A stretch of DNA of 64,000 bases from a virus: IMG/VR virus record IMGVR_UViG_3300031576_000025, positions 18,219-82,218 of that record, one strand, 5' to 3'. The notes under the pieces are model-generated. The model saw only the letters and a list, made by a program, of their open reading frames with translations. It had not been told where the DNA came from and did no database searches. This document shows, piece by piece, positions 37,947 to 49,252 of the stretch. Position numbers and translations under genes: made by a program. The stretch's first letter is position 1; every line of letters begins with the position of its first letter.

Positions 37947-38946
37947 CGGCCACGACGGCCAGGGTGCCATGCCTGAAGATGCGCTGGCAGCGCAGCCTGA
38001 CGCCGTGCCTGGACCGGCCAGCGCGGACGGCCAGAACGTGGACCTGTTCGGTGAACCAATAGACGACTTCAAGAGCGCGAAGGAACGATACGGCACCTGG
38101 CCGGTGACGGTGTGGGATTGCGACCTATCGGACCCGACCGTGCGCAAGATGAAGGACGCCATTGGGGACATTTGCAGCAGCCGCGCCGGGACCGGCAAGC
38201 TGGGCTACCAGTCCAAGTCCCGCGGCAGCGCGCGCGCCGGGTGCCTGCGCGAAGCGACGGACGACGCCAGCGTGTACGGCGGGAAAATAACGGAATCAAT
38301 CTTCAACCCGGCCGTGGCCGCCTGGATTCTGAACCTGTATGCGCCGCGCACCAAGGACGCCATCTGCTATGACCCGTTCGCCGGGGGCGGCACCAGGGCA
38401 ATCATGGCCGCCAAGCACGGCATGAAGTACATGGGCGTTGAAATCCGCCAGGCCGAAGTTGACGCGGTGGAACAGCGGTGCAAGGCGCTCGGGGTGGACA
38501 AGCAGGTGGGAATCATTTGCGGCGACAGCCGCACTGCCACCAAGGACCTTGAAGGCGGCTTCGCTGATTTCCTGCTGACCTGCCCGCCCTATTACGACCT
38601 GGAAACGTACGACGGCGGCCCCAACGATTTGAGCATGGCCCACACCTATGCCGAATTCGTGGCTGGTCTGAAGGACGTGGTGGAAGAATCCGCGCGCGTG
38701 CTGCGGCCAGGGGCGTTTAGCTGCTGGGTGGTTGGGCTGCACCGCAATGACGCCGGGGAAATCCTAGCCATGCACCACGACCTTGCGCGGCTGCACCAGG
38801 AAGCCGGATTCAGGTTCAAGGAAGAAGTGATTTTGCACCAGCGCAACAACGGGGCCATTCAGCGGGTGGGCCAGTTTGAAAAAGGGGACAAGCGGTTGGT
38901 GCGCATTCACGAATACCTGCTGGTGTTCGTGCGGGGGATTGAATGA
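37936..38946 (+). CDS. DNA amino-methyltransferase (N4-C/N6-A type)
   Basis: Motif I YDPFAGGGT before motif IV TCPPYY; HEYLLVF. Confidence 0.85.
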   Translation: MLTSGHDGQGAMPEDALAAQPDAVPGPASADGQNVDLFGEPIDDFKSAKERYGTWPVTVWDCDLSDPTVRKMKDAIGDICSSRAGTGKLGYQSKSRGSARAGCLREATDDASVYGGKITESIFNPAVAAWILNLYAPRTKDAICYDPFAGGGTRAIMAAKHGMKYMGVEIRQAEVDAVEQRCKALGVDKQVGIICGDSRTATKDLEGGFADFLLTCPPYYDLETYDGGPNDLSMAHTYAEFVAGLKDVVEESARVLRPGAFSCWVVGLHRNDAGEILAMHHDLARLHQEAGFRFKEEVILHQRNNGAIQRVGQFEKGDKRLVRIHEYLLVFVRGIE

Positions 38947-39356
38947 CCAAGACTATCAAGGCCCTGTCGCTTAAGCAGCCGTGGCTGAACTGGGTGCGCG
39001 ACGGACGCAAGACGATTGAAACGCGCACGTGGACTACCAAGCACCGCGGGCCGCTGCTGCTGGTTGCGTCCAAGTCCGTTGACAACGAAGCGGCGCTGCT
39101 TGACGACGTGACCGCGGACCACGTGTATGTCACCGGCAAGTCTATCTGCCTGGTGGAACTGCTGGACGTTCGGCCAATGACCGAAGCGGACGTGGCCGCA
39201 GCCATGTGCCCGTGCAGCCCCGGCCGGTTCGCCTGGGTGCTTGGCCTGGTGCAGCCGATTGTCCCTGTGCCAGTGCGCGGCCAGCTGAACATATTTGACG
39301 TGCCGCTGACCGCTGACGTGGCAGCTATCATTGCGAACTGGGAGGACGGGAAGTGA
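38943..39356 (+). CDS. ASCH-domain protein
   Basis: KALSLKQPW....G.KTIETR.W...RGPLL..AS; PVRGQL. Confidence 0.9.
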   Translation: MTKTIKALSLKQPWLNWVRDGRKTIETRTWTTKHRGPLLLVASKSVDNEAALLDDVTADHVYVTGKSICLVELLDVRPMTEADVAAAMCPCSPGRFAWVLGLVQPIVPVPVRGQLNIFDVPLTADVAAIIANWEDGK

Positions 39357-39700
39357 GCCAGAACCAGGCTGACGGTCGGACGCTGCCGCTTGCTGTCGAA
39401 TACAACCCGCTGCGGGACGTGCTGATGGTGGACGGGGTGAAGTACGCTGGCACGCTGTTCCGCATGATTTCCAGCGGTCGGCTTTGGCGCGCCATGCGAA
39501 TAATCGAACGGACGGAAGATGGGCAAGTCGTCATGCAGGACGTGCAGACGATTGCGGACGGCGTTGTGGACGCGGCAGAAAACCTATTAAAGGAAGCCAG
39601 CGCGCTTCAGTCGGACGGTGCCGCGCCGCCGTTGCTGGCAGCGGCCATGGCCAACCTGCGGGCTGCTGCCGCGCGGCTTGGCGGGGCTGGTGGCACATGA
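39353..39700 (+). CDS. Hypothetical protein
   Basis: Overlap-coupled at both ends. Confidence 0.6.
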   Translation: MSQNQADGRTLPLAVEYNPLRDVLMVDGVKYAGTLFRMISSGRLWRAMRIIERTEDGQVVMQDVQTIADGVVDAAENLLKEASALQSDGAAPPLLAAAMANLRAAAARLGGAGGT

Positions 39701-40050
39701 GTAGGACGTTGACAGTGACGGTGAAAACCCCACAGGGTCCGAAGCACATAGGCACTTTCGGTGACGCCGTGCTGCGCAAGCGTGTGGCTAAATCCAAGCA
39801 CTTCCTTTGGAAGCTGCGCGCATGGGGCATGGACGCCACCGCGCTGCGCGTGCTGTCTGAACGCGGCTGCGCGACGGTGGAATATCTGGAAACGGAAAGC
39901 AAGACGGTGTACACCAGCACCATGACCGACTGGCAGGACAAGGGGCAGCGCGCCGATTTCGGGCACGGGCCGCAGGTGTTCCTGCCGCTTATGTATTGGA
40001 CCAGCAGGCAGTTGGACCAGGCGCAGCTGGAACTTTTCAAGGGGGCGTGA
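39697..40050 (+). CDS. Conserved-looking phage protein with C-terminal QLELF
   Basis: KHFLWK..AWGMD, FGHG.QVFLPL. Confidence 0.65.
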   Translation: MSRTLTVTVKTPQGPKHIGTFGDAVLRKRVAKSKHFLWKLRAWGMDATALRVLSERGCATVEYLETESKTVYTSTMTDWQDKGQRADFGHGPQVFLPLMYWTSRQLDQAQLELFKGA

Positions 40051-40526
40051 TGAAGGAATTAACGACGACCGGGAAGCTGCGCGCGGCACGCAAAGCCATT
40101 GCGTACCACCTGGCGAATTCCGAAGCCATGCGTTCGGAAATCGCCCGGCTGACGCAGGTTGTGGCGCAGTACGAACTTTCCCTGAAGGTCGCCACGGAAA
40201 GAATGGTTGACGTGGAAAAATCCAATCAGCGTTTCATGGCAGAAACGCAGGCCGCCGGTGTCGTCGCCGCAGCCGCGCGCCATGAATCCGACCTGCAACG
40301 CCGCGCAAAAAACCACGTGGAAATGTTGCTGCGGGAAGAACGGCAGAAGTCAACGCGCTACCAGCTTATGCTGGCGTGCAAGGACTTGGCGTTGGAAAAG
40401 GGGCAGGCCGCCATCCTGGTGGCCGTGACCAACGAGAACGGCTTAGACGGTGCCGACGGGGAACGGGTGGCGGTGCTTATGGACGCTGCGCTGCACGCAG
40501 AAGTTCGCCTGTCGGAAGGGAAGTAG
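40050..40526 (+). CDS. Coiled-coil protein
   Basis: Heptad-rich; overlap-coupled. Confidence 0.6.
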   Translation: MKELTTTGKLRAARKAIAYHLANSEAMRSEIARLTQVVAQYELSLKVATERMVDVEKSNQRFMAETQAAGVVAAAARHESDLQRRAKNHVEMLLREERQKSTRYQLMLACKDLALEKGQAAILVAVTNENGLDGADGERVAVLMDAALHAEVRLSEGK

Positions 40527-40551
40527 GTCTACCGACCCAACGTCCTGGGCC

Positions 40552-40580
40552 TTGACAGTTACCAGTAATACGCTTATACT
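40552..40580 (+). promoter_or_regulatory. Early promoter TTGACA-17-TATACT
   Basis: Spacer TTACCAGTAA; CAAGG hairpin follows. Confidence 0.85.
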
Positions 40581-40616
40581 CCTAGTACAGCCGCGTCAAG
40601 GACCGGCGGGGGAAAA

Positions 40617-42270
40617 ATGGACAAGACGACCAGGCAGGGGGGACTGAAGGTGGTGCGGACGACCGCCAGAGGTCCCGTGTACGAGCTTTTCAAGGTGGTG
40701 TCCGACTTCGGCAGCCACGGCCTGCGCGGGCACAAGGACGCCGGGACCTTCTACCCGGCTGGCGATATGTTCGCCTTCCACACGCAGGACGCCGCCGCGC
40801 AGCGCATGGCTGACCTGCGCGCCAACAAGGACGGCGGCCTGGACACCGGCCTGCTGCCCGCCTTGGCCAGCGCCAGCGGCGCGGCCCTTGCCGACAGCCT
40901 CCGCGTCATCAGCATATTCGACGGGCCCGGCCTGGGTGGCTTCTAGTGGCCGCCGCGGGCTTCGACGAGCCGGGCTTCCTGACCAGCGGACGGGCCTACC
41001 TTAACGGCCTGCTGGCGACCCACGCGCGGCCATTGCGGCCGGGCGAGGGCCTGGGCGGGCCGTGCTGCCAGCTGGCTGCCGCCGAGTACCTGCTGCCTGA
41101 CGGCACCAAGGCGTGCCGGGCCTGCGCCAAGCTGCGGCTGCCTGCGCTGCTGGGGGTGGCGACATGACGCGCAAGCGCGGGGCGTTGGCCGCGCAGCTGG
41201 CGGCGGCTTCCGTGGCCAAGCTGGACCGTCGGGGCCTGGTGTCCCGGCTGGCGTCCAGCCCTTACCGGGTGTGGGCGGCCTACTACGAGCTGCACTTCGC
41301 GGACAAAACCCTGTACCTGCACGTGCTGGTGGGCGCGCGGACCCACCGGGCCGCGTGCATGGCCTTCCTGTCCCAGCCGGTGCGCAAGCTGGGGCCTGTG
41401 ACGGTCCAGCCCAAGGGGGTGCTTCCCAAGCCCGTGGCGCACCGGGACACCCGGGCCATGCTCATGGAGGTGGGCGGTGGGCTAGACCTGGGCACGGACG
41501 TGCTGCGCAAGCTGGCGGCGGACTTTGACCCGGACCATACGGACTTCGGTGGGCCGGTGGACGGCGCGCGGACCAACGGCCCGCGCAGGGGGGCGTGAAC
41601 ATGGCGAGCACTGGCGAGGTAAAGGAAAAGGCGGCGCAGGGGACGGTGGACATGCGGTACTACAAGGCGGACGTGCGGGCGGCCATCGCCAAGCGTGGGG
41701 CCTTCACGGACACCTTCAGCATGGGCGGCCTGCGCTGGACGGTGAAGGCCGAGCTGGCGGGGTCCTGAAATGGCAACGACACGGGCGGCGAAGGTGGCGG
41801 CGCAGTACCAGGGCGGGCTTTCGGACTGGGTGGCCAATGACCCGGGATTCATAGCCTACGCGGCGCGGGGGGCGGCCCCGGTCATGGGCTACGTGGGGCA
41901 CCGCTGCCGCCGGAACTGGCTGGACGCCATCGTGGAGGAAGAGCTGCGACGGGCGGGCTGCACGGTGCCCGAAATCGTCGCGTGGCTGACCAGCACCGAC
42001 GGGCGGCACACGGGCGACAGCCTGGAGGACTGCAAGGCCGCGGAAAGGATAGAAACGCGCCGCCTGGTGCGCCGCGGCTTCGGCAACATGAAGGACCGCC
42101 TTCAGGCGTGGGCCCACCCCAGCCACGGCGGCATGTGGTCGGACACCGTGCGCCTGCTGCACCAGCTGTTCCCATGGAAGTACGACACCACGGGGCGGGT
42201 CCGGCCAGAATACGGGGGCACCGGAACGCCCCTGAAGGCCGCCGCGGACTGGGGCATCCGCCATGCGTGA
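40617..42270 (+). CDS. Five coupled hypothetical genes (40617-40946, 40946-41167, 41164-41598, 41601-41768, 41770-42270)
   Basis: Contiguous ORFs with overlapping or adjacent stop/start codons downstream of a promoter. Confidence 0.6.
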
Positions 42271-42976
42271 ATCCATAAACGCCTGGGAAGAACGAACCTT
42301 CCCGAAGCACTACGCGCTGCTGGTGCCGCCCCACCTGCGGGTGGCGCTGACGCACGCCTTGGGGCGGGCCCTGGGGGTGCCCGTCTACAACGTGGAACTG
42401 ACCCTGCGCCGCAACGGCTGCGGCAAGTGCTTCCCGCGCGCGCGCCATATCCTGCTGCCCATCCCCAAATGCACCGTGTCCGTGGGCGTGATAACGCACG
42501 AACTGGCCCACCAGTACGCCTACGAGCACGGTTACGACGGGCACCACGGGCAGCCCTGGCGGTCGGCCATGTGCAGGCTGGCGGCCTTCACCAAGCCGGA
42601 CGTGCCGGGCAACCCGCTGGAAAAGGCGTGGGCGGAAGCCACCGCGCAGGTCCAGCAGACCGCCGTTGCGCAGGTGGCCAGGGCGCAGAAGGTGTCAGCG
42701 CGGTTGCAGCGGGAAGCCGAACGCGCCGCGGCGACGAAGGCCGCGCGGTCCACGGCCGAAAACAGATTGGCCCAGGTCCGCGCGCGGATAAAGCGCCTGG
42801 AAACCAAGGTGCGCGGCCTGCAAACCAGGCTGAAGTCGGCGCGGCGCAGCGAAGCTGCCTTGGCGCGCGTCGTGGCTGCGCGGGTGCTGCGGGCCACGGC
42901 CCCAAGCGCGTCCGAAATCGCAGCGGCAGAAGCGCGCCTGGCGTCCGACACGGGAACGTACGGCGGGGGGACATAA
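42263..42976 (+). CDS. SprT-like Zn metalloprotease with coiled-coil tail
   Basis: HELAH....GHHG..W. Confidence 0.75.
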   Translation: MRESINAWEERTFPKHYALLVPPHLRVALTHALGRALGVPVYNVELTLRRNGCGKCFPRARHILLPIPKCTVSVGVITHELAHQYAYEHGYDGHHGQPWRSAMCRLAAFTKPDVPGNPLEKAWAEATAQVQQTAVAQVARAQKVSARLQREAERAAATKAARSTAENRLAQVRARIKRLETKVRGLQTRLKSARRSEAALARVVAARVLRATAPSASEIAAAEARLASDTGTYGGGT

Positions 42977-43781
42977 TGGAAACCATGCGGCGCGTCAGGA
43001 AATTGCTGCGGCCGGAAACCGGGGGCGGTGTGCTGCTGTACCTGGAATGCGGGCACACGCTGGCTTCCAACACGCACGGGGCCATGCCCGCGCTGGAAAT
43101 CTTCGCGCTGTCGTTGTCCTGCGCGACCTGCGGAAGCCAAGACGCCAGCTGGGAACGGGGGCGCTTGGACGGGGTGGCGCTGGCGCGCAGCCACGCGGAC
43201 GTGCGCACGCGCGAAGCGGCCAAGGAAATCATCCGCGGCGCGCACAAAACCCTGTTCCCCAAGGAAGGGCTGGGGGTGACCAGGAAGCGGTGGACCAAGG
43301 GCATGTACTTCGGCTACTGGCGCACCATGGTCAACGAAAACGGGGTGGCGGACGTGCCGTACCAGGGGGACCAGGACTTTGTGCCGGTGGGCGCGGACGG
43401 CGTGCGGCGCGCGCGGGCCGCGGGCCAGGGGCCGCTGGCATGAGCTGGCCGCGTGAGCCGTGGCGCATGGGCTACAGGGACGGGTCCGGCAAGAATGTCC
43501 TGACGGCCAAGGTGGGCCGCAAGCGCACTGGCCTGCTGGTGGCGTGGTCAGGAAAGGGCTGCGGCTGCTGCGCGGGCGACACGAAGCCGATAGAACAGGC
43601 TGCGCTGGAGCGCGCTGCTTCATGCGTCAACGCCTGTGCTGGTCTGGCGGACCCGTGCGCCACCATGAACCAGGCCCGGCACGCGCTGCTGCTGACCAGG
43701 GCACGTGTCAAGCTGGCCTTGGACCCGGTGCTGGCAGAGGCCGTGTACAAGGCGTTGGGTGTGCTGGGGGTGAGCCCGTGA
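42976..43781 (+). CDS. Two hypothetical genes (42976-43443, 43440-43781)
   Basis: Coupled ORFs; LECGH..C..C finger in the first. Confidence 0.55.
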
Positions 43782-44470
43782 AGCTGTACCACGGGACGGC
43801 CGCGGCGAACCTGGGGGCTGTTCGCGCCCGCGGCCTGGTGCCCCGTGGACGGTTCAACAAGCGCAGCAATTGGGAACACACCGCGCGCAGCCGCGCCGGG
43901 CACGTCTACCTGACCACGGCCTATCCGCTTTACTTTGCCCTGTGCGCCAGCGGTGACGAAAACGCGCTGGTGGTGGAAGTGGACACCGACAGGCTGGACC
44001 CGCGGCGGATGTACCCGGACGAGGATTTCTTGGCGCACGTTCTGGCGCAGCAGGCTGTGGCCAGCAAGGCGCTGCACCGGCCGGTCCTAAATAAGCTGAC
44101 GCAGACGGTCAACCTGGAAGCCAACCGCGACCTGTGGGGAAAATCGCTTGAGCTGCTGGGGACGTGCAGCTACTTCGGCCATGTGCCGCCAGCGGCAATC
44201 ACGCGCTACGCCACCGTGGACGTAATGGCGCGCCCCAGCCTGGCCATGCTGTGCGTGGACCCCACTATCACGCTGGCAAACTACCGCTTCTGTGGCTGGA
44301 AGTACCGGCAGCTGGTGGCCTGGATTTTTGGGGACGCGCCGGACCTGCCGGGCGCGGTCCCGCCGGAACACATGGCGCAGCTTGGCGAACTGCCGGGCAT
44401 GGCCGAAGCCGCTGCGGCCCTGGCTGCGGAATCCGTGGACCGCCGCGGCGTGGCGGTGCTTCTGCCGTGA
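43778..44470 (+). CDS. ADP-ribosyltransferase-fold protein
   Basis: KLYHGT......GL.P, VYLT, VVEVD, G.VPP.AI. Confidence 0.7.
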   Translation: MKLYHGTAAANLGAVRARGLVPRGRFNKRSNWEHTARSRAGHVYLTTAYPLYFALCASGDENALVVEVDTDRLDPRRMYPDEDFLAHVLAQQAVASKALHRPVLNKLTQTVNLEANRDLWGKSLELLGTCSYFGHVPPAAITRYATVDVMARPSLAMLCVDPTITLANYRFCGWKYRQLVAWIFGDAPDLPGAVPPEHMAQLGELPGMAEAAAALAAESVDRRGVAVLLP

Positions 44471-44505
44471 TAATTTAGGCCCGGCAAGACCGGGCGGGGG
44501 GACGT

Positions 44506-44886
44506 ATGGACAACGTAAAGACGGGCCAGCAAACGCTGGGCAGGGCGCTGGCCAAGGTGCGCGCCGCCGGGCTTAAGGCTGGCCTTGACGCCGACAAGCT
44601 GAACGCTGCGCTGCTGGCCGCCACCAACAGCAGGGCCCTGCCCACGCTGAAGCGCCTGCCTTCTGAAGTGGCCATGCGCGCCTGCGCGCTGCTGCCCAAT
44701 GCCGGTGACGCGGCCATCCTGGTGCGCCTGAAGAACGGCGGGGTCCGGGTCTACACCAAGGCCAGCCACCGCACCCTGGTGGAATCCGGGCGGCGCGCGG
44801 GCAAGGCGCTCGGCGGCAATCGCAACGCGGCCGGGAAGGGCCCCACGGAAACGGCTGGGCATATCCCCGCCAGTGGCGCGGCATGA
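44506..44886 (+). CDS. Hypothetical protein
   Basis: Leader hairpin and GGGGGG RBS. Confidence 0.6.
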   Translation: MDNVKTGQQTLGRALAKVRAAGLKAGLDADKLNAALLAATNSRALPTLKRLPSEVAMRACALLPNAGDAAILVRLKNGGVRVYTKASHRTLVESGRRAGKALGGNRNAAGKGPTETAGHIPASGAA

Positions 44887-46589
44887 ACATTAACCTGCAC
44901 CCTGCGACAATCAAGCTGCTGAAGGGCAAGGGCATCAAGCAAATCGAAAGGCACCTGGATTTCCACAACGACGACGTGCTGGAATTCGACCTGGACAAGC
45001 TGACGGCCAAGGAACTTTCGGCGGTGAAGGACGCCCTTGGAAAGACGGCGGCCGGGCCGGACAGCACCGAACAGCGCAGCGCCGTCCGGTCCATTGGAAT
45101 CATCGCCGCCGTGGCCGACGCCGACAACGCGCCGGGGGACAAGAAGGTTGCCAAGCTGGAACTGCTGGCGACCCTGCTGCGGTCCTATATCAGGACAGCC
45201 AATGGCTACCGGGTCTACAAGAAGGCCGACGACGACGACGCTTTCTTTTTGCCGCATATCGTCACCAAGGTGACCTACCACCCCCCGGAACGCAGCCGCA
45301 GCGGCGACACGTCGCCAGCCCACGTGTTAATGCAATTGGCCCACTACAGAAATGGGTCCGTCTGCAAAGACACCCACGCCTTCTATTCCCACCACACGCG
45401 CCAAAAAACGGTTGCGCAGATTTTCCACGCCGCCGGTTACGTCCTGGCTAACGACGACCTGGACAAGACCTATGAAAACGACCTGAAGCTGTTTCGGGAA
45501 ACCGAGCACCTGGTCGGTGTCCAGTTCTTGGCGGCCGGTATCGCCAGCACAGGGCGGCACCGCTGGGACCAGTTCAGTCTGCTGGTAGACGGCCAGCGGT
45601 CGCGCGCAGTGGTTGAAGAACGCACCGACGACAACGGGAAAAAGACCAAGGAAGCGGCCGTGGTGGACATGGCGTGGTGGAACAACGCCAAGGGCGTGCG
45701 CGACGAGGACGACCTGGACGACGACCTGGACGACGCGGGGACGACTGACGACGACGGGGTGCCGCCGCTGCACCCCTACGTCTACTGCTTCCTGCTTGCC
45801 AGGCACGAAACCGCCGACGTTCACGTGCGCAACATGAACCGCTACGTGTACGACAAGAAAATGGGCGACAAGCTGGTGCTGCCGCAGGAAACCAAGCAGC
45901 TTGTAGAACTGCTGCTGGAGGACAGCGCCGCAAAATTTCAGGACATAATCAGAGGCAAGGCCGGTGGTTCAATAATCCTTTGCACCGGGGCCCCGGGCAC
46001 CGGCAAGACGCTGACGGCGGAAGTCTACGCCGAAGTAATGGAACGGCCGTTGTACGTGGTCCAATCGTCGCAGCTTGGGACCGAACCCGAAGGGCTGGAA
46101 AAGCACCTGCGCGACGTGCTGGACCGCGCGACCAGGTGGGGGGCTATCCTGCTGATTGACGAAGCGGACGTTTACATTCACGAACGCGGCGCGGACGTGA
46201 ACCAAAACGCAATCGTCGGGGTTTTCCTTCGCGTGCTGGAATACTACAAGGGCATCCTGTTCCTAACCACCAACCGCGAATGCATCGTGGACGACGCCAT
46301 AGAATCGCGCTGCACCGCGCAGGTGGCCTACGGCGTGCCGTCCGTGCCCGACCAGGTGCGGATATGGAAGCTGCTGCGCGACCTATCGAAGGTGGCGGTG
46401 TCGGACGCCACGATAGAACAGGTGGCGAAGGCGAACCCGCGGCTGTCGGGGCGCGACGTGAAGAACCTGCTGAAGCTGGCGCAGCTGGTGTCCCTGCGCC
46501 GTGGCAAGCCGGTGGACGCCAAGACGATAGAACACGTAATGAAGTTCAAGCCGACACGGACGGCCGGTGGGCCGGGGGGCCAGGAATGA
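44883..46589 (+). CDS. AAA+ ATPase
   Basis: GAPGTGKTLTAE, LLIDEADVY, FLRVLEYY.GILFLTTNR, D.AI.SR, SGRDVKN. Confidence 0.92.
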   Translation: MNINLHPATIKLLKGKGIKQIERHLDFHNDDVLEFDLDKLTAKELSAVKDALGKTAAGPDSTEQRSAVRSIGIIAAVADADNAPGDKKVAKLELLATLLRSYIRTANGYRVYKKADDDDAFFLPHIVTKVTYHPPERSRSGDTSPAHVLMQLAHYRNGSVCKDTHAFYSHHTRQKTVAQIFHAAGYVLANDDLDKTYENDLKLFRETEHLVGVQFLAAGIASTGRHRWDQFSLLVDGQRSRAVVEERTDDNGKKTKEAAVVDMAWWNNAKGVRDEDDLDDDLDDAGTTDDDGVPPLHPYVYCFLLARHETADVHVRNMNRYVYDKKMGDKLVLPQETKQLVELLLEDSAAKFQDIIRGKAGGSIILCTGAPGTGKTLTAEVYAEVMERPLYVVQSSQLGTEPEGLEKHLRDVLDRATRWGAILLIDEADVYIHERGADVNQNAIVGVFLRVLEYYKGILFLTTNRECIVDDAIESRCTAQVAYGVPSVPDQVRIWKLLRDLSKVAVSDATIEQVAKANPRLSGRDVKNLLKLAQLVSLRRGKPVDAKTIEHVMKFKPTRTAGGPGGQE

Positions 46590-49227
46590 AACTGCGCGCG
46601 GTCATAGAAATTCCGTTGCTGCCGAACGTGTGGCAACCAAAGGGCAGCAGCCGGGACCTGAAACAGGACCGGCGCGAGCTTGAGGGCAAGCTGCCAGTTG
46701 GCGTGCTGGTCAAGTCGGTGCAGCACGTGACCGACAAGACCGACATGCGCGCAGCCTTCAAGCGGCTGCTGTCGTGGCACACCGAAAGCACGCCGCTGCC
46801 GTTTTTGCCAAAGCACCGGCGCGCGTCCGGGGCCATGGCCGGTGACGAAAAGGCCCCGTTCGTGTCCGAAACATTCCTGTACCCGCTGCTGGGCAAGGAC
46901 GACGCGCGCACGCTGCTGTACAAGCTGCGTGAAGTCATGCGGGTGGCCGGGGTGGACATGGACGACCTGGAGCGCGAGGTGGTGGCGGAACAGCGGGTGG
47001 CACTGGAAGCGGCGGCCAAGCTGTCGGCCGTCCAAGAAGGGCGGCGCAAGTTCTGGCACCAGTACGCGAAGGGCAAGGGCTGGGACGCGGACGAACTGAC
47101 CAGCGCACAATCGCGGGAAATCAGGGTGGCGCGCCGCGCCGCGGGTATCCCGTGACGGTGGGCGCGCTGGTGGCTGCGGCCAAAGCCGCGGTGGACCAGT
47201 ACGCGATGGTGGGCCTGACCGGCCGCCCGGCCTTCAACGTAAATCTGTACCGGGCGTGCAAGGGCAGACGCGCGCGGATAGCGCCCGGCCTGGTCGGCAC
47301 CGTCCTATCGTGGGGCGACGGCAGCAAGGCCGTGCCCACGCTGGTGTCCATGGACGCCAAGGCCGTGCTGTCCTGGCACGGCCGCCTGGAAAAGACCGCG
47401 GGCCTGCGGCGGGCGGCTGGGCAGCACGTGTGGGACAAGGTGGGCGACGGCACGCACGAGTGCCGGACGTGCGGCGCTGAAGCAGCGGGCTACTTTCCAG
47501 AGGACACGGTGCCGGGGCCATGCCCCGGTCCACAGGGGGACAGATGAAAAACGAGCCAGGCAAAACCTATCTCTGCCCGTGCTGCTGGGCGGCGCACAAG
47601 GCGGGCGGCTGGTACATGAGCTCGGACTACGTGCAGGTGCCGGACGTGGCGGACTGTACGCTGCACCCGGACCTGTCCAGCTGGCGCGTGGTGCGGACCC
47701 TGAAAAGCATCCGCCACTGGTCCATGCAGCCGGGCGAGTACCGGCACCCAAATTTCCAAGGGGTGCGGCTGGTGCTGGAAGGCGGCCACGTCCACCGGCG
47801 GACGGCCGAGGCTATTCTGTTCGATTACGAAAAGCCCTACCTGGACCTGCTGGTGGCCGAAGGCTACCTGGACGCGCACGACGGCACGCCGCGCACCTTG
47901 ACGGTGACGGAAAAGGGCGAGCTGCGGGTCCATGCTGCGCTACAGGAAGCCATGGAAAAGGAGCAGGCGAAGCTGGCAGCCAAGCGGGCAGGGGGCGCAG
48001 CGTGATGGCCTTCATGCCGCTGCGGTGCTGGGCCCTGCTGGTGCTGGTGGCCCTGGTCACGTCAAAGGCCATGAACGACCAGCCGAACAGGGCCAAGTGC
48101 TTTGCCTCCGCCGTCCTTGGGTTTTACGGCCTAGGGTTCCCAGCCCTTCTGTTCGTATTCGTGGACATGGGCTTGCTGCCGTGAAGCTGCACCGCCGCCG
48201 CTGCACGACCTGTGGCCAGCACCAGCTGCGCGTCCTGCACGCGCGGCTATGCGACAAGCGCATCATGCGGACGCGGCCCACGCGGCTGGGGGCCGTCCTG
48301 ACCTGGGGCCCGTGCCGCGGCAAGCTCATGTCCCTGCCCGCGCTGCACAAGGGGGACCTGTGAAACGGGGCACGCCGCCGGAATGGCACCAGTTCAACAG
48401 GGCGCTTGGCAACGGCCAGGAACGCCCGCCAATCAACAAGGCCGTGCTGGTCTACGTCGCCAGCATGCAGCCAGGGCTTCCAGAAGCCATAGCCGTGGGC
48501 TACCGCAAGGACGCGGCCGGGGACGCGGGGTACCCGTATTTCGTGGTGCCTGGACACGGCGGCGAAGTCATGGCGTGGTGCGACTGCCTGCCGGTTAATG
48601 ATATTCCACAGCTTTGGGCTGGGGCCAGAAAGATTGCTGTGCAAGGGGGAACGTAATGGCGAAATTCAGCGTGGTGGTTGAAGTTTGTGTGAGGTTCCAG
48701 CGCACCCTGGTGGTGCAGGCCAAGGACGCGCAGGCCGCCTGCGGACGTGCCGTGTTCGCGGCCATGAAGCTGGGCCCGCACGAACGCCGGGGTGTGGTGC
48801 TGGCCCCGGGCTGGTGCGGGTTCACCCCGAATGGGAATGACTACATGGTGGTAGACGCGCAGGCCGCCGACAACGACACGCCAGTGACGCTGCGGGTCAA
48901 GCGGTGACCCCGGCGCAGCTTGCCGTTGCGGAATCGGCCTGCCAGGTCCACCGGCCTCCGGTGGCGGACTGCGTGGCGTGCGCGCTGGCCGCTGCGCTGC
49001 GCGCCCAGGCCGGGCTGGCCGCGCAGCTGGCGAATGAGCTGCGGGCGCACGTAAAACTGGGCCCGTACCACATTTGCGACCTTGGCCCAGCCAGGCCGCC
49101 GGTGCGTAGTGGGCAGTTCAATCCCGTCCCCATAACCTACATCATCAATTGCCCTGGGTGTGCGCGGCACGCAAAGGACACCAAGGCTATGGCGGCCTGG
49201 GACGAATCAAGGCCGCTGGCTGGGTAG
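46586..49227 (+). CDS. Eight coupled small genes (46586-47155, 47152-47547, 47544-48005, 48005-48184, 48181-48363, 48360-48656 DUF551-like, 48656-48907, 48904-49227)
   Basis: Chain of ATGA/GTGA/TAATG overlaps; several CxxC motifs; W..P...VLV..V.AW..LP in 48360. Confidence 0.6.
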
Positions 49228-49252
49228 GCCAAATGGCCCACATGCCTGGGTC

